The notes below the pieces were generated by a model. That model did no database searches and had not been told where the DNA came from. It was given only the letters and a program-made list of their open reading frames with translations. From contig CAZHPN010000024.1 in NCBI GenBank assembly GCA_964534375.1, positions 1-46,271 on the forward strand: a DNA stretch of 46,271 bases, in the 5' to 3' direction. The DNA comes from an uncultured bacterium. Lineage in GTDB: Bacteria > Lernaellota > Lernaellaia > Lernaellales > Lernaellaceae. This document shows positions 37,919 to 46,271 of the stretch, piece after piece; within the stretch, counting starts at the first letter, position 1, and each line of letters starts with the position of its first letter. The position numbers and the translations under genes are program-made.

Positions 37919-38971
37919 CTAAACAAATTCGATGACTTGATCTTCCTTCGCGCTCGGCGCGATCTCGCCGATCAGCCAGGCGCGTTCGCCCATGCCGTTG
38001 AGGCGGTGGATCACCGTCTCCGCGTCGTGCCGCGCGCAAATCATCACCAGGCCCACGCCGCAATTGAACGTCCGCAGCATCTCCCAATCTTCGATGCCGC
38101 TCTGTTGTTGCAGGAACGTGAAAATCGGCGGTCGCGGCCACGCGTCGAGGCGAATCCGCGCGCAGCAGCGGTCCGGCAGCACGCGGGGGATGTTGTCCAC
38201 GAGCCCGCCGCCGGTGATATGGGCCATGCCCTTGATTCCCACGTCGCGGATGACGCTCAGAATCGGCTTCACGTAAATTTTGGTGGGCGTCAGCAACACC
38301 TCGCCGACCGTCTTGCCGCCGAGTTCGGGCACGGTGTCGCCGACTTTGAGCCCCAGTTGTTCGAAGATGATCTTGCGCACGAGCGAGAAGCCGTTGGAAT
38401 GCACGCCGGAACTGGCGACGCCGACGATCGCGTCGCCGACGGTGACCGTCGAGCCGTCGATCACTTTGTCGTTCTCGACGACGCCGACCGTGAAGCCGGC
38501 GAGGTCGTATTCGCCCTCGGGGTACATGTCGGGCATCTCGGCGGTTTCGCCGCCGACGAGGCTGCATTCCGCCTCTTTGCAGCCGGCGACGACGCCCTCG
38601 ATGACCTGCACCGCCACGTCGAGCGCCAGTTTGCCCGTCGCGAAATAATCGAGGAAAAACAACGGCTGCGCGCCCATCACGACGATGTCGTTGACGACCA
38701 TCGCCACCAGATCGATGCCCACGGTGTTGTGCACGCCGGTCAGGAACGCGACCTTCAGCTTGGTGCCGACGCCGTCGGTCGAACTGACCAGCAGCGGGTT
38801 CTTGCCCTCGAGGTGCCGGTCGGCCAGCGAAAACGCCGCGCCGAAACCGCCGATCTCGGTGTGGACGCCAGGCCGGAACGTGCCGTGCACCAGGGGTTTG
38901 ATGCGCCTGACGAATTCGTTGCCGGCGTCGATATCGACGCCCGCGTCGCGATACGATCGAAATTTTTTCAA
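37919..38971 (-). CDS. purM: Phosphoribosylformylglycinamidine cyclo-ligase
   Basis: YRDAGVDIDAG, STDGVGTK, PLFFLDY, GGETAEMP, SSGVHSNGFSL, HITGGG, TFNCGVG; TTG start with GGAG RBS. Confidence 0.97.
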   Translation of the reverse strand: MKKFRSYRDAGVDIDAGNEFVRRIKPLVHGTFRPGVHTEIGGFGAAFSLADRHLEGKNPLLVSSTDGVGTKLKVAFLTGVHNTVGIDLVAMVVNDIVVMGAQPLFFLDYFATGKLALDVAVQVIEGVVAGCKEAECSLVGGETAEMPDMYPEGEYDLAGFTVGVVENDKVIDGSTVTVGDAIVGVASSGVHSNGFSLVRKIIFEQLGLKVGDTVPELGGKTVGEVLLTPTKIYVKPILSVIRDVGIKGMAHITGGGLVDNIPRVLPDRCCARIRLDAWPRPPIFTFLQQQSGIEDWEMLRTFNCGVGLVMICARHDAETVIHRLNGMGERAWLIGEIAPSAKEDQVIEFV

Positions 38972-39128
38972 GACGCAGACTCCAGGTGTTCGCGTTCATA
39001 GGAAAGCCAGAGACTTTTAACGTTCGCGCCGCAAAAAGTCAAAGGCCCTTTTCGGACCGCCCGGCGGCAACGGCCGGAAACGGCTGCGCATCTCGAAAGG
39101 CGGGCGATGAAGAACGGCGGGTCGCCGC

Positions 39129-39159
39129 AAAAAAAAAGCGGCCGGAGTTCCCCGGCCGC
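39129..39159 (-). terminator. Intrinsic terminator of the cupredoxin gene
   Basis: GCGGCCGG/CCGGCCGC 8-bp stem (39138-39159) followed on the minus strand by nine T. Confidence 0.8.
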
Positions 39160-39210
39160 GCCTATCCGATCATTAATAACGCGGCGGTTCCAAGGCCGCT
39201 GCGTGTTGCA

Positions 39211-39657
39211 TTATTGTACGATGACGTGGGCCCCGAACATGAGCGTCGGGTGGAACGCGCAGAAGTAGACGTAATCCCCGGCGGTTGTGAACTGAAACGT
39301 GTAGCTGGCGCCCGGATTGAGCGTGTGAGAGTCGAACAGATCGCCCGCGTTCGGGTCGCCGGGATTGCCGTTTTCGGCGTGGTGCTGCATCGTGCTGGTG
39401 TTCGTCCACCTTACGGAATCGCCAACCGCGATAGTGATCGTCATTGGTTCGAACGCGTAGTCGACGACCGTCACGTCGTGCACGGTCCCGGTCGGGCTCG
39501 CGTCGTCGTTGTCGTCGTCGTCCGCCGCGTCGTCGCCGGAGCCGCCCGAACTCCCATTGCTCGTGGAACTGCCGCAACTGAAGGCTGCCAGAAGAATCGC
39601 GGTGAGCGTCGCCAATCCGGAAACCAGCCACAAAATCAGCGACTTCTTCTTCATCAT
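39211..39657 (-). CDS. Plastocyanin/azurin-like blue copper lipoprotein with acidic tether
   Basis: AFSC lipobox, Asp-rich linker, FEPMTITIAVGDSVRWTN, an upstream His, and YFCAFHPTLM (Cys-His-Met type 1 Cu ligands). Confidence 0.85.
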   Translation of the reverse strand: MMKKKSLILWLVSGLATLTAILLAAFSCGSSTSNGSSGGSGDDAADDDDNDDASPTGTVHDVTVVDYAFEPMTITIAVGDSVRWTNTSTMQHHAENGNPGDPNAGDLFDSHTLNPGASYTFQFTTAGDYVYFCAFHPTLMFGAHVIVQ

Positions 39658-39862
39658 TGCGCCTTTCGCTTTTGCCGAAACGAAAATTGCCGCCTTTCCC
39701 CTGCGTTAATAACGATGGCCGCGACGACTGTCAAATATCTTCTACGGATATTGTCGTCAGAATCCATGATGAACATTGGCTGCATGGACGAGCTGCCGTC
39801 CGCCACGCGGCGGGCTTTCACTTGCCGGCGGTTGATGCTAACGTGAAATCAAAGGACGAGCG

Positions 39863-40108
39863 ATGGCCAAAGACAAACCGAAGAACAGCTACTCCGCGCC
39901 GTTGCGGCCCGGCGACACGCCGCGGCAGACGGTCGGTTGCCGCCTGACCAATCCGGAAATCTGCAACAAGCATTCCATGGAATCCGTCTGCGCGTTCGGC
40001 CGCGCCGATGGCGTGTGTCTGGCGCCGCCGACGACCTGGGCCAAGCGCTATGCGACGCTGCTGGCCGGCGCCGAGTGCCCCGTTGGCGGTTTGGTCCCCA
40101 CGCCCTGA
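39863..40108 (+). CDS. Small Cys-rich hypothetical protein
   Basis: AAGGA RBS; GCRLTNPEIC...VCAF...GVCLAPP..W pattern. Confidence 0.65.
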   Translation: MAKDKPKNSYSAPLRPGDTPRQTVGCRLTNPEICNKHSMESVCAFGRADGVCLAPPTTWAKRYATLLAGAECPVGGLVPTP

Positions 40109-40159
40109 CATGCGGCGGCGAATCCTCCGCGAACGACCGCCCGAGCGAGAAGACGCCCG

Positions 40160-40906
40160 ATGACCAAGCCAAGTCGCGTGACCGATCTTCTCGCCGAATT
40201 GCGTTCCCTGGGCAGTGAGAAAAACCGTGCGGGCATGGCCCGCTATGCGATCAATGTCGACAACGCGTTCGGCGTCGCCGTCCCCGAAATCCGCAAAATG
40301 GCCAGGCGTCTTGGCGCCGATCACGATCTGGCGCTGGCGTTATGGGCCACCGGGAACCACGAGGCGCGTCTTCTGGCCTGTTTTGTCGACGACCCTGCCG
40401 CCGTCACCGAGAACCAACTCGAAGCGTGGGCGCGCGATTTCGACTCCTGGGACATTTGCGACCAGGCTACGACCAGTCTTTTCGACCAGACCCCGTTCGC
40501 ATGGTCGAAAGCCCTCGCATGGTCAGGGCGTGACGAGGAGTGGGTCAAACGCGGCGGTTTTGCCCTCATGGCGGGCCTCGCGGTGCATGACAAATCGGCC
40601 GCCGATCGGGCGTTTTTGACGCTGTTGCCCGCGATCGAGCGCGAGGCGCCCGACCCGCGCAACTTCGTCAAGAAGGCCGTCAATTGGGCGCTGCGCAACA
40701 TCGGCAAGCGCAACCGGGTCTTGCACGCCGCCGCCACTGCGTGCGCCGAGCGGATTCGCGACGCCGCCATTGAACGCGCCGGCGGACCGCGTGGGGGCGA
40801 CGCCGGCGTCCGCGCCGCCCGCTGGGTCGCGGCCGACGCGTTGCGCGAACTGGCGTCCGACAAGGTGCAAGCGCGTCTCAAGAATCAATCATTCTCGAAC
40901 GTTTAG
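40160..40906 (+). CDS. DNA alkylation repair protein (AlkD-like HEAT-repeat glycosylase family)
   Basis: GVAVPEIR, LWATGNHEARLLA, DSWDICD, EEWVKR, DPRNFVKKAVNWALRNIGKR. Confidence 0.88.
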   Translation: MTKPSRVTDLLAELRSLGSEKNRAGMARYAINVDNAFGVAVPEIRKMARRLGADHDLALALWATGNHEARLLACFVDDPAAVTENQLEAWARDFDSWDICDQATTSLFDQTPFAWSKALAWSGRDEEWVKRGGFALMAGLAVHDKSAADRAFLTLLPAIEREAPDPRNFVKKAVNWALRNIGKRNRVLHAAATACAERIRDAAIERAGGPRGGDAGVRAARWVAADALRELASDKVQARLKNQSFSNV

Positions 40907-40934
40907 TCGAATACGACGCGGGCGGGCACGGACA

Positions 40935-42254
40935 ATGGCGAAAATTGCTCGGTTTATTCGACTTCTATTGATGACCGCGCTGTTCGCCTGCGTGCTCGCC
41001 TGCGGCGGTTCGGGCAACAGCGGTCGCGCTCCGAGCGTGAATGACGATGACGCCTCGCCGGCGGCGGATGACGACGACGCCAGTCCGATTGACGACGACT
41101 CGCCGACGTTCGCCGAACAGGACGTGTTCGTCAGCCACACCGAGGGCTATCACGTCTTTCGGATTCCGTCGCTGATTCAGTCCGCCGACGGCGTGATGCT
41201 CGCGTTCTGCGAAGGCCGCGACAGCATCGAAGATGACGGCCGCATCGACATCGTGCTGAAGCGCAGTTTCGACAGCGGGAAAAAGTGGACGCCGCTGACG
41301 GTCGTCGCGACCGACGGCGACGGCACGGCGGGCAACCCGGCGCCGGTCGTCGACCGCAACACCGGCGCGATCCTGCTGCCCTACTGCACCAATCCGCCGT
41401 ACGACGAAAACAGCCGCCGCGTGTGGGTGACCAGCAGCATGGACGACGGTGAAACGTGGTCGCCGCCGCTCGAGATCACGGCGCAAGCGTCCGAGCCGGG
41501 CTGGGGTTGGAACGCCACCGGCCCCGGCCGCAGCATCCAACTGCGCAGCGGGCGCTTCGTCGTGCCGTGCAACCATCGCAACCAAAGCGGAACGGTTTCC
41601 AACTCGCACGTCATCTACAGCGACGACGGCGTGAATTGGCAAATCGGCGGCGTGCTCGGCCCGAACACCGACGAGTCGCAGGTCGCCCAACTCCCGGACG
41701 AGAGCCTGATCATCAACATGAAGGACCTCTCGACCGCTCATCTGCGCTGGATCGCCCGCAGCTACGACGAGGGCCGAACCTGGACGCCGACGGTGCACGA
41801 CGACGCGCTGCCGGACCCCGGCTGCCAGGGCAGTTTGCTGGAAACTTCAAATGGCCTGATGTTTTCCAACCCCGTCGGCGACGTCGAGATTCTGCGGCAC
41901 GACCTGACCGCGCGCTTGAGCGCGGACGGCGGCCGCACCTGGGCATATTCGAAAACCATTCAAGCCGGGCCATCGGCGTATTCCGCACTGTCCGACCTGC
42001 CCGACGGCCGATTCGGCTGCCTGTACGAGCAGGGCCCGATTCCGTTTCTGCCGTACGCCCGCATCACCCCGGCCACGTTTTCGCTGGCGTGGCTGGAGGA
42101 AAAGCGAAATACAGAATGCGGACTTTCAACACAGAGGGCACAGAGGGCCGCACAGGGAGCGCAGAACGATGCCGGTGCTGCCATAGAACATAGCGACCGA
42201 TTTGTGCATTCCACCGGCGGAGTGAACCAGACGCAGGGAAGGAAACTGAATTGA
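40935..42254 (+). CDS. GH33 sialidase-family lipoprotein
   Basis: LAC lipobox, acidic linker, FRIP motif, multiple Asp-boxes (SFDSGKKW, SMDDGETW, SYDEGRTW, SADGGRTW), catalytic SAYS and LYE. Confidence 0.88.
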   Translation: MAKIARFIRLLLMTALFACVLACGGSGNSGRAPSVNDDDASPAADDDDASPIDDDSPTFAEQDVFVSHTEGYHVFRIPSLIQSADGVMLAFCEGRDSIEDDGRIDIVLKRSFDSGKKWTPLTVVATDGDGTAGNPAPVVDRNTGAILLPYCTNPPYDENSRRVWVTSSMDDGETWSPPLEITAQASEPGWGWNATGPGRSIQLRSGRFVVPCNHRNQSGTVSNSHVIYSDDGVNWQIGGVLGPNTDESQVAQLPDESLIINMKDLSTAHLRWIARSYDEGRTWTPTVHDDALPDPGCQGSLLETSNGLMFSNPVGDVEILRHDLTARLSADGGRTWAYSKTIQAGPSAYSALSDLPDGRFGCLYEQGPIPFLPYARITPATFSLAWLEEKRNTECGLSTQRAQRAAQGAQNDAGAAIEHSDRFVHSTGGVNQTQGRKLN

Positions 42255-43351
42255 CGACGTCCTCGGTTCCTGGCGTTCGTGCGACCACGCGGAAGCGCCG
42301 ATGGCCGGGATGGCTGGCGGCGGCGTTAATCTGCGCAACGGCGGCCGCGACGTTATTCCGGCTGACGTCGAACGGGCGGCAATCGGTGGAAAGCCCCACC
42401 TCTGTGCAAGCGCGAAGAAACGCCGCAGCCGAGAAACTCCCCGCGAGCGCAAGGCGCAGTCCGACCCTTGATGCTCAACTCGTCGTGATTCCCGCCGGAA
42501 GTTTTGAGATGGGTTCGCCGCGTGATGAATCCAACGTGTGGTTTTCAGCGTTTCTTGACGAAAGGCCGCATCAGGTAACGATAAGCAGGCCGTTTCTGAT
42601 GGGCGCGACAGAGGTGACACAGGGGCAATGGAAGAAGGTGATGGGCAACAATCCGAGCATGTTTCCCGACTGCGGCGACGACTGCCCGGTCGATTCGGTT
42701 TCTTGGGGCGAAGCCGTCGACTTCTGCAATGCGGTTTCCGCCCGGGAGAAACGCTCCGTTTGTTATGATCGGTTTGGCGTGTGGGATCTGAGTTGCACCG
42801 GCTACCGTCTGCCTACGGAAGCGGAGTGGGAGTTTGCCGCTCGCGCCGGGACGACGACGGCGTTTAACACCGGCGACCGCCTGTCGGTTGACCAAGCCAA
42901 TTACGACGGTCGATTCTCGCCAGCGGGCTCTCCGGACGAGGGCCAAGCGCGGCTACGGCCCGTCGCAGTCGGGAGCTTCCCCCCGAACGGCTGGGGTTTG
43001 TACGACATGCACGGCAACGTGGCGGAGTGGGTTTGGGACAGGTGGGCAGGCTATCTCCCCGGGGCCGTTGCCGATCCGATCGGGCCGAATCTGCGCGGGG
43101 TCGAGCCCATTAATTATGGGGGCGTCGGGATAGGCGGCAAAACCGGCAAGCCGGACTTCGACTGGTGTCAGGAACGCTCGTCTGCGTCGGCTCGTCGCGC
43201 GATAAATCCATACGGCGATTTCTTTCGCGTCGTTCGTGGCGGTGGCTGGAGCAGCACCGCGTCGAACTGCCGATCTGCGGCACGCAGTTACTACTCCGCC
43301 GAAGACAGCCGTGCAGATGTAGGCTTTCGCCTTGCCAGATCGTTGCCGTAA
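42251..43351 (+). CDS. FGE-sulfatase (SUMF1/CLec-fold) domain protein, N-terminally anchored
   Basis: IPAGSFEMGS, EVTQGQW, RLPTEAEWEFAARAG, PNGWGLYDMHGNVAEW, RVVRGGGW, GFRL. TTG start uncertain. Confidence 0.85.
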   Translation: MTTSSVPGVRATTRKRRWPGWLAAALICATAAATLFRLTSNGRQSVESPTSVQARRNAAAEKLPASARRSPTLDAQLVVIPAGSFEMGSPRDESNVWFSAFLDERPHQVTISRPFLMGATEVTQGQWKKVMGNNPSMFPDCGDDCPVDSVSWGEAVDFCNAVSAREKRSVCYDRFGVWDLSCTGYRLPTEAEWEFAARAGTTTAFNTGDRLSVDQANYDGRFSPAGSPDEGQARLRPVAVGSFPPNGWGLYDMHGNVAEWVWDRWAGYLPGAVADPIGPNLRGVEPINYGGVGIGGKTGKPDFDWCQERSSASARRAINPYGDFFRVVRGGGWSSTASNCRSAARSYYSAEDSRADVGFRLARSLP

Positions 43352-43594
43352 CCGTCGCTACGGCGCGCCCAATAACGAGCCTTTTGCCGTGAACACCCGA
43401 TTTCGCGGGGTTCCGCGGCGGGCGACGCCGCTCAACGACTGACCAAACGAGATCGTCCGATGAAAACTTCCGAAATCGTGGTTATCTTCATAGCGGAGAG
43501 AGAGCCATGGTTCAGCGCAAGCCGCCGCTCGCCGACGGCTGTTGGGCCTTGACGCTCTGAAGAAAACGAGAGACGCAGACGACCGGAGAAGTTG

Positions 43595-44362
43595 ATGTTC
43601 AAATTGCGATTCGTTTCACGCCTCCTCATCATCTCGCTGCCAGCCGCGCTAGGGCTGTTGCTGCTGGCGGGGCTGCCCGCGGGTTGCGCGACCGGCGCGC
43701 CTAAGCCGACAGTGGCGGCGCCTGGCAGCGGCATGGTTCGCATCCCCGGCGGGTCGATGTTGATGGGCTGCTCGCCGGGCGACGCGGATTGCGACCAAGA
43801 CGAAAGCCCGCCGCACCGGGTCGCCGTGCACGGCTTCTGGATGGACGCTACGGCGGTGACCCAGGCGCAGTTCGAACGCGTCACGGGGTCCAATCCGAGC
43901 CGGTTCGCGGGTTGCGCCGACTGCCCGGTCGAAATGATCTCGTGGAACGATGCGCAGAGTTATTGCGCCGCGTTGGGAAAACGCCTGCCGACCGAGGCCG
44001 AATGGGAGTACGCCGCGCGCGGCGGGACGAGCGCGGCCCGCTACGGCGATCTGGACGCGATCGCCTGGTACAAGGCCAATTCCGGCGGCCGGACGCACCC
44101 CGTCGGCCAGAAACAGCCGAACGCCTACGGCCTCTACGACATGCTGGGAAACGTGTGGCAATGGTGTGCCGACATCTATGACCAGCGGTACTATTGGGAC
44201 TCGCCGCCGGACAACCCGGCCGGGCCGGATTGGGGCGCGTATCGCGTTTTGCGCGGCGGCGCCTGGGCGTTCAAACCGCAACTGGTGCGCGTGTCGGCGC
44301 GGTACGCGTATTTGCCCGGGCTGCGGCATTCGTACTATGGATTTCGGTGCGTGCGGGATTGA
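43595..44362 (+). CDS. FGE-sulfatase (SUMF1/CLec-fold) domain lipoprotein
   Basis: PAGC lipobox-like site, RLPTEAEWEYAARGG, PNAYGLYDMLGNVWQW, RVLRGGAW, GFRC. Confidence 0.88.
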   Translation: MFKLRFVSRLLIISLPAALGLLLLAGLPAGCATGAPKPTVAAPGSGMVRIPGGSMLMGCSPGDADCDQDESPPHRVAVHGFWMDATAVTQAQFERVTGSNPSRFAGCADCPVEMISWNDAQSYCAALGKRLPTEAEWEYAARGGTSAARYGDLDAIAWYKANSGGRTHPVGQKQPNAYGLYDMLGNVWQWCADIYDQRYYWDSPPDNPAGPDWGAYRVLRGGAWAFKPQLVRVSARYAYLPGLRHSYYGFRCVRD

Positions 44363-44366
44363 GTTG

Positions 44367-44401
44367 AGAAGCAAGAAGCCAGAAGTCAGAAGTCAGAAGG
44401 C
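44367..44401. repeat. Five tandem heptamers AGAAGNN
   Basis: AGAAGCA AGAAGCC AGAAGTC AGAAGTC AGAAGGC starting 4 nt after the 44362 stop. Confidence 0.8.
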
Positions 44402-44584
44402 GGCAAACAGAATCGGAAGCGCATAGGGACGGCGCTGGCTCGGTCCGGTTTTTCAAGACAGAGGTCGGAAGCCGACAGGAGCGGGTCTTGCTCCGCGCCG
44501 ATTTTGGCGCCAGAAATCACCTGGGCGGGGGAGGACGGACGGGAAACGAGCGGGCGGCGTATTGTGCCGCGAAGAGGTGCGGCG

Positions 44585-46078
44585 ATGAAACGCGGTCATT
44601 TTTCGTTGTTGTTTCTCTTGATGGTGTTGTCGCTTGCGGGCGCGATCGGCTGCGGCGGTTCCGGCAGCAGCAGCAATGCTTCGAGCGTGACGGACGACGA
44701 TGCGTCGCCGGATGATGACGACAACGATGACAATGACGACAACGACGACGCCTCGCCGGACGACGACGCCAGCCCGGCGTCCGGCGCCATCTGGGAAAAC
44801 CTGCAACCCAGCGGCCTGCCCATCGGCAAGATTCTCGGCGACTCGACCGAGATGTCCAACGGCCCCGACCCCCAACCCGACCGCACCTTTGAGATCGCCC
44901 AGTTGGTCGAGATCGGCGTGCCTCGCGTGCGCGCCTCGATCGACTGGTCGCAGGTCGAACCGACGCGCGGCGATTTCACCTTCACCACTTCCGACGCGTT
45001 CATGAAGCATTTCACGGACGCCGGCCTGCAATTCGACGGCCGGCTCTGCTATGGCATCGGTTGGGCCGAGCCGGACGGCACCGACTCGTCGATGGATCCC
45101 GCCGACTTCGCCGGTTACGCCGGGGCCGTCGCCGGCCATTTCTGCGGCACGGTCAACTCCTATGAAATCTGGAACGAAGAGAACAACGTGCGCTTTTGGA
45201 CGCCGCAGCCCGACCCCGACAAGTTCGGTTCGCTCATGAAGGCCGCGTACACGGCGATCCACGAAGCCTGCCCGCAGGCGCAGGTCGTGTTCGGCGGGCT
45301 CTCGTGCTTCGACCAATACACTTTGGTCGACGGATTTTATTACTTTCTCGACCTCGTGCAGCAGGCGCATCCGGATATCGGCAACTACTTCGACATCATG
45401 GCGATTCACCCCTACACCTTCGCCCAGGTGTCGTCGCCGGAGTGGATGTGGGAGTTCCGCGGCCAGGATGTCTGGCGCGACATGGCCGGCCAGATTCGCG
45501 TGGCGCGCGCGCGGATGGCGGCGATGGGCGCCGGCGACAAACCGATTTGGCTCACCGAATTCGGCTGGACGTCGATGACGACCGGCAACGACTTGCAGGC
45601 GGCATGGTTGGTGCGCGGCGCGTTGTTGTCGATTTCCGAGGGCGTCGAGGCGATGGATTGGTACACGTTCTACGATAACGACGGCTCGCAGCCGGCGGAG
45701 CAAGGCTATTTCGGACTGTACACCGACCCGGGCGCCGCGGGCGGCGCTCAGGCAAAACCGTCGTTCGGCGCCCTCCGCACTCTGATCGCGACACTCGGGC
45801 CGTTCCAATATGCCGCCGATTTCGCGAAACCGCTCGGCCTGCCCGACGACGTGTTCGGCTTCGCGTACAAAAATGTGAAGACCGGCGACCTCGCATTCGC
45901 CGGTTGGGATGCGCGCGGTTTGACCACGGCGCTCGAATTGCCGACGCCCAGCGGCGCCGCGGATTGCACGGTGACCGACGACCAGGGGAATGTCCTCGCG
46001 AAAGGCGCGCCCGGCGATTTCGTCTCGGTGAACCTCGGGAAGCATGCGATATACGTGACGTTCACCGTCAGCCGCTGA
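44585..46078 (+). CDS. Clan GH-A glycoside hydrolase lipoprotein (GH39/GH5-like)
   Basis: AIGC lipobox, Asp-rich tether, WSQVEP, YEIWNEEN (acid/base), AIHPY, IWLTEFGW (nucleophile), YFGL...KPS. Confidence 0.85.
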   Translation: MKRGHFSLLFLLMVLSLAGAIGCGGSGSSSNASSVTDDDASPDDDDNDDNDDNDDASPDDDASPASGAIWENLQPSGLPIGKILGDSTEMSNGPDPQPDRTFEIAQLVEIGVPRVRASIDWSQVEPTRGDFTFTTSDAFMKHFTDAGLQFDGRLCYGIGWAEPDGTDSSMDPADFAGYAGAVAGHFCGTVNSYEIWNEENNVRFWTPQPDPDKFGSLMKAAYTAIHEACPQAQVVFGGLSCFDQYTLVDGFYYFLDLVQQAHPDIGNYFDIMAIHPYTFAQVSSPEWMWEFRGQDVWRDMAGQIRVARARMAAMGAGDKPIWLTEFGWTSMTTGNDLQAAWLVRGALLSISEGVEAMDWYTFYDNDGSQPAEQGYFGLYTDPGAAGGAQAKPSFGALRTLIATLGPFQYAADFAKPLGLPDDVFGFAYKNVKTGDLAFAGWDARGLTTALELPTPSGAADCTVTDDQGNVLAKGAPGDFVSVNLGKHAIYVTFTVSR

Positions 46079-46126
46079 TTGGGCCGCGAAAAACCGGCGC
46101 TCGCACGCGCCGCTCCGGAGGATCGC

Positions 46127-46271
46127 GTGGGCGCTGTCGAACAAAAGATTAAGGATTTCGCGCGCCAGCAGGGCGTGCCCGTCGTTGGCGTGGCCGGGCC
46201 GGAGCGGCTGGACGGCCCGCCGTCGCTCGACCCGACGTACACGATGCGCGGCGCGCGGTCGATCGTCAGCC
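46127..46271 (+). CDS. Partial CDS (5' end), QueG/reductive-dehalogenase-like Fe-S protein N-terminus
   Basis: GGAGG RBS, GTG start; translates to MGAVEQKIKDFARQQGVPVVGVAGPERLDGPPSLDPTYTMRGARSIVS and runs off the window. Confidence 0.6.
   Translation, partial: MGAVEQKIKDFARQQGVPVVGVAGPERLDGPPSLDPTYTMRGARSIVS

Noticed and set aside
42251..44460. Complete diversity-generating retroelement
   Set aside because: No reverse transcriptase, no Avd-like gene, and no adenine-variant template repeat in the adjacent intergenic regions.

Overview
A GC-rich bacterial chromosomal segment with about 42 CDSs. I found no rRNA, tRNA, CRISPR array or transposase. Gene content (lptD, csrA-fliW, Wsp-type chemosensory operon, Asp-rich lipoproteins) suggests a Gram-negative deltaproteobacterium-like lineage, which is an inference. 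Housekeeping genes are ettA, folC, lptD, rpmB, purM and a THUMP RNA methyltransferase. Accessory content includes a low-GC PIN nuclease, an SPFH/SHOCT operon with a GAF-GAF-GGDEF cyclase, an XhoI/PaeR7I-family type II R-M system, two ArnT/PMT-like glycosyltransferases, a seven-gene Wsp-like operon, and a cluster of surface glycan-related proteins (sialidase, two FGE/CLec-fold proteins, a clan-A glycosidase). The most intriguing region is 12.2-17.0 kb. It holds two paralogous 323-aa beta-rich lipoproteins of unknown family with GGA-rich leaders and a candidate sigma54/IHF promoter. They are transcribed divergently from csrA-fliW (no flagellar genes nearby) and a histidine kinase whose ATP-binding domain has degenerated. 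Other highlights are a WspR-like receiver fused to a histidine kinase instead of GGDEF, and a DDASP acidic tether shared by three unrelated lipoproteins. All calls come from reading motifs by eye; no database searches were run.
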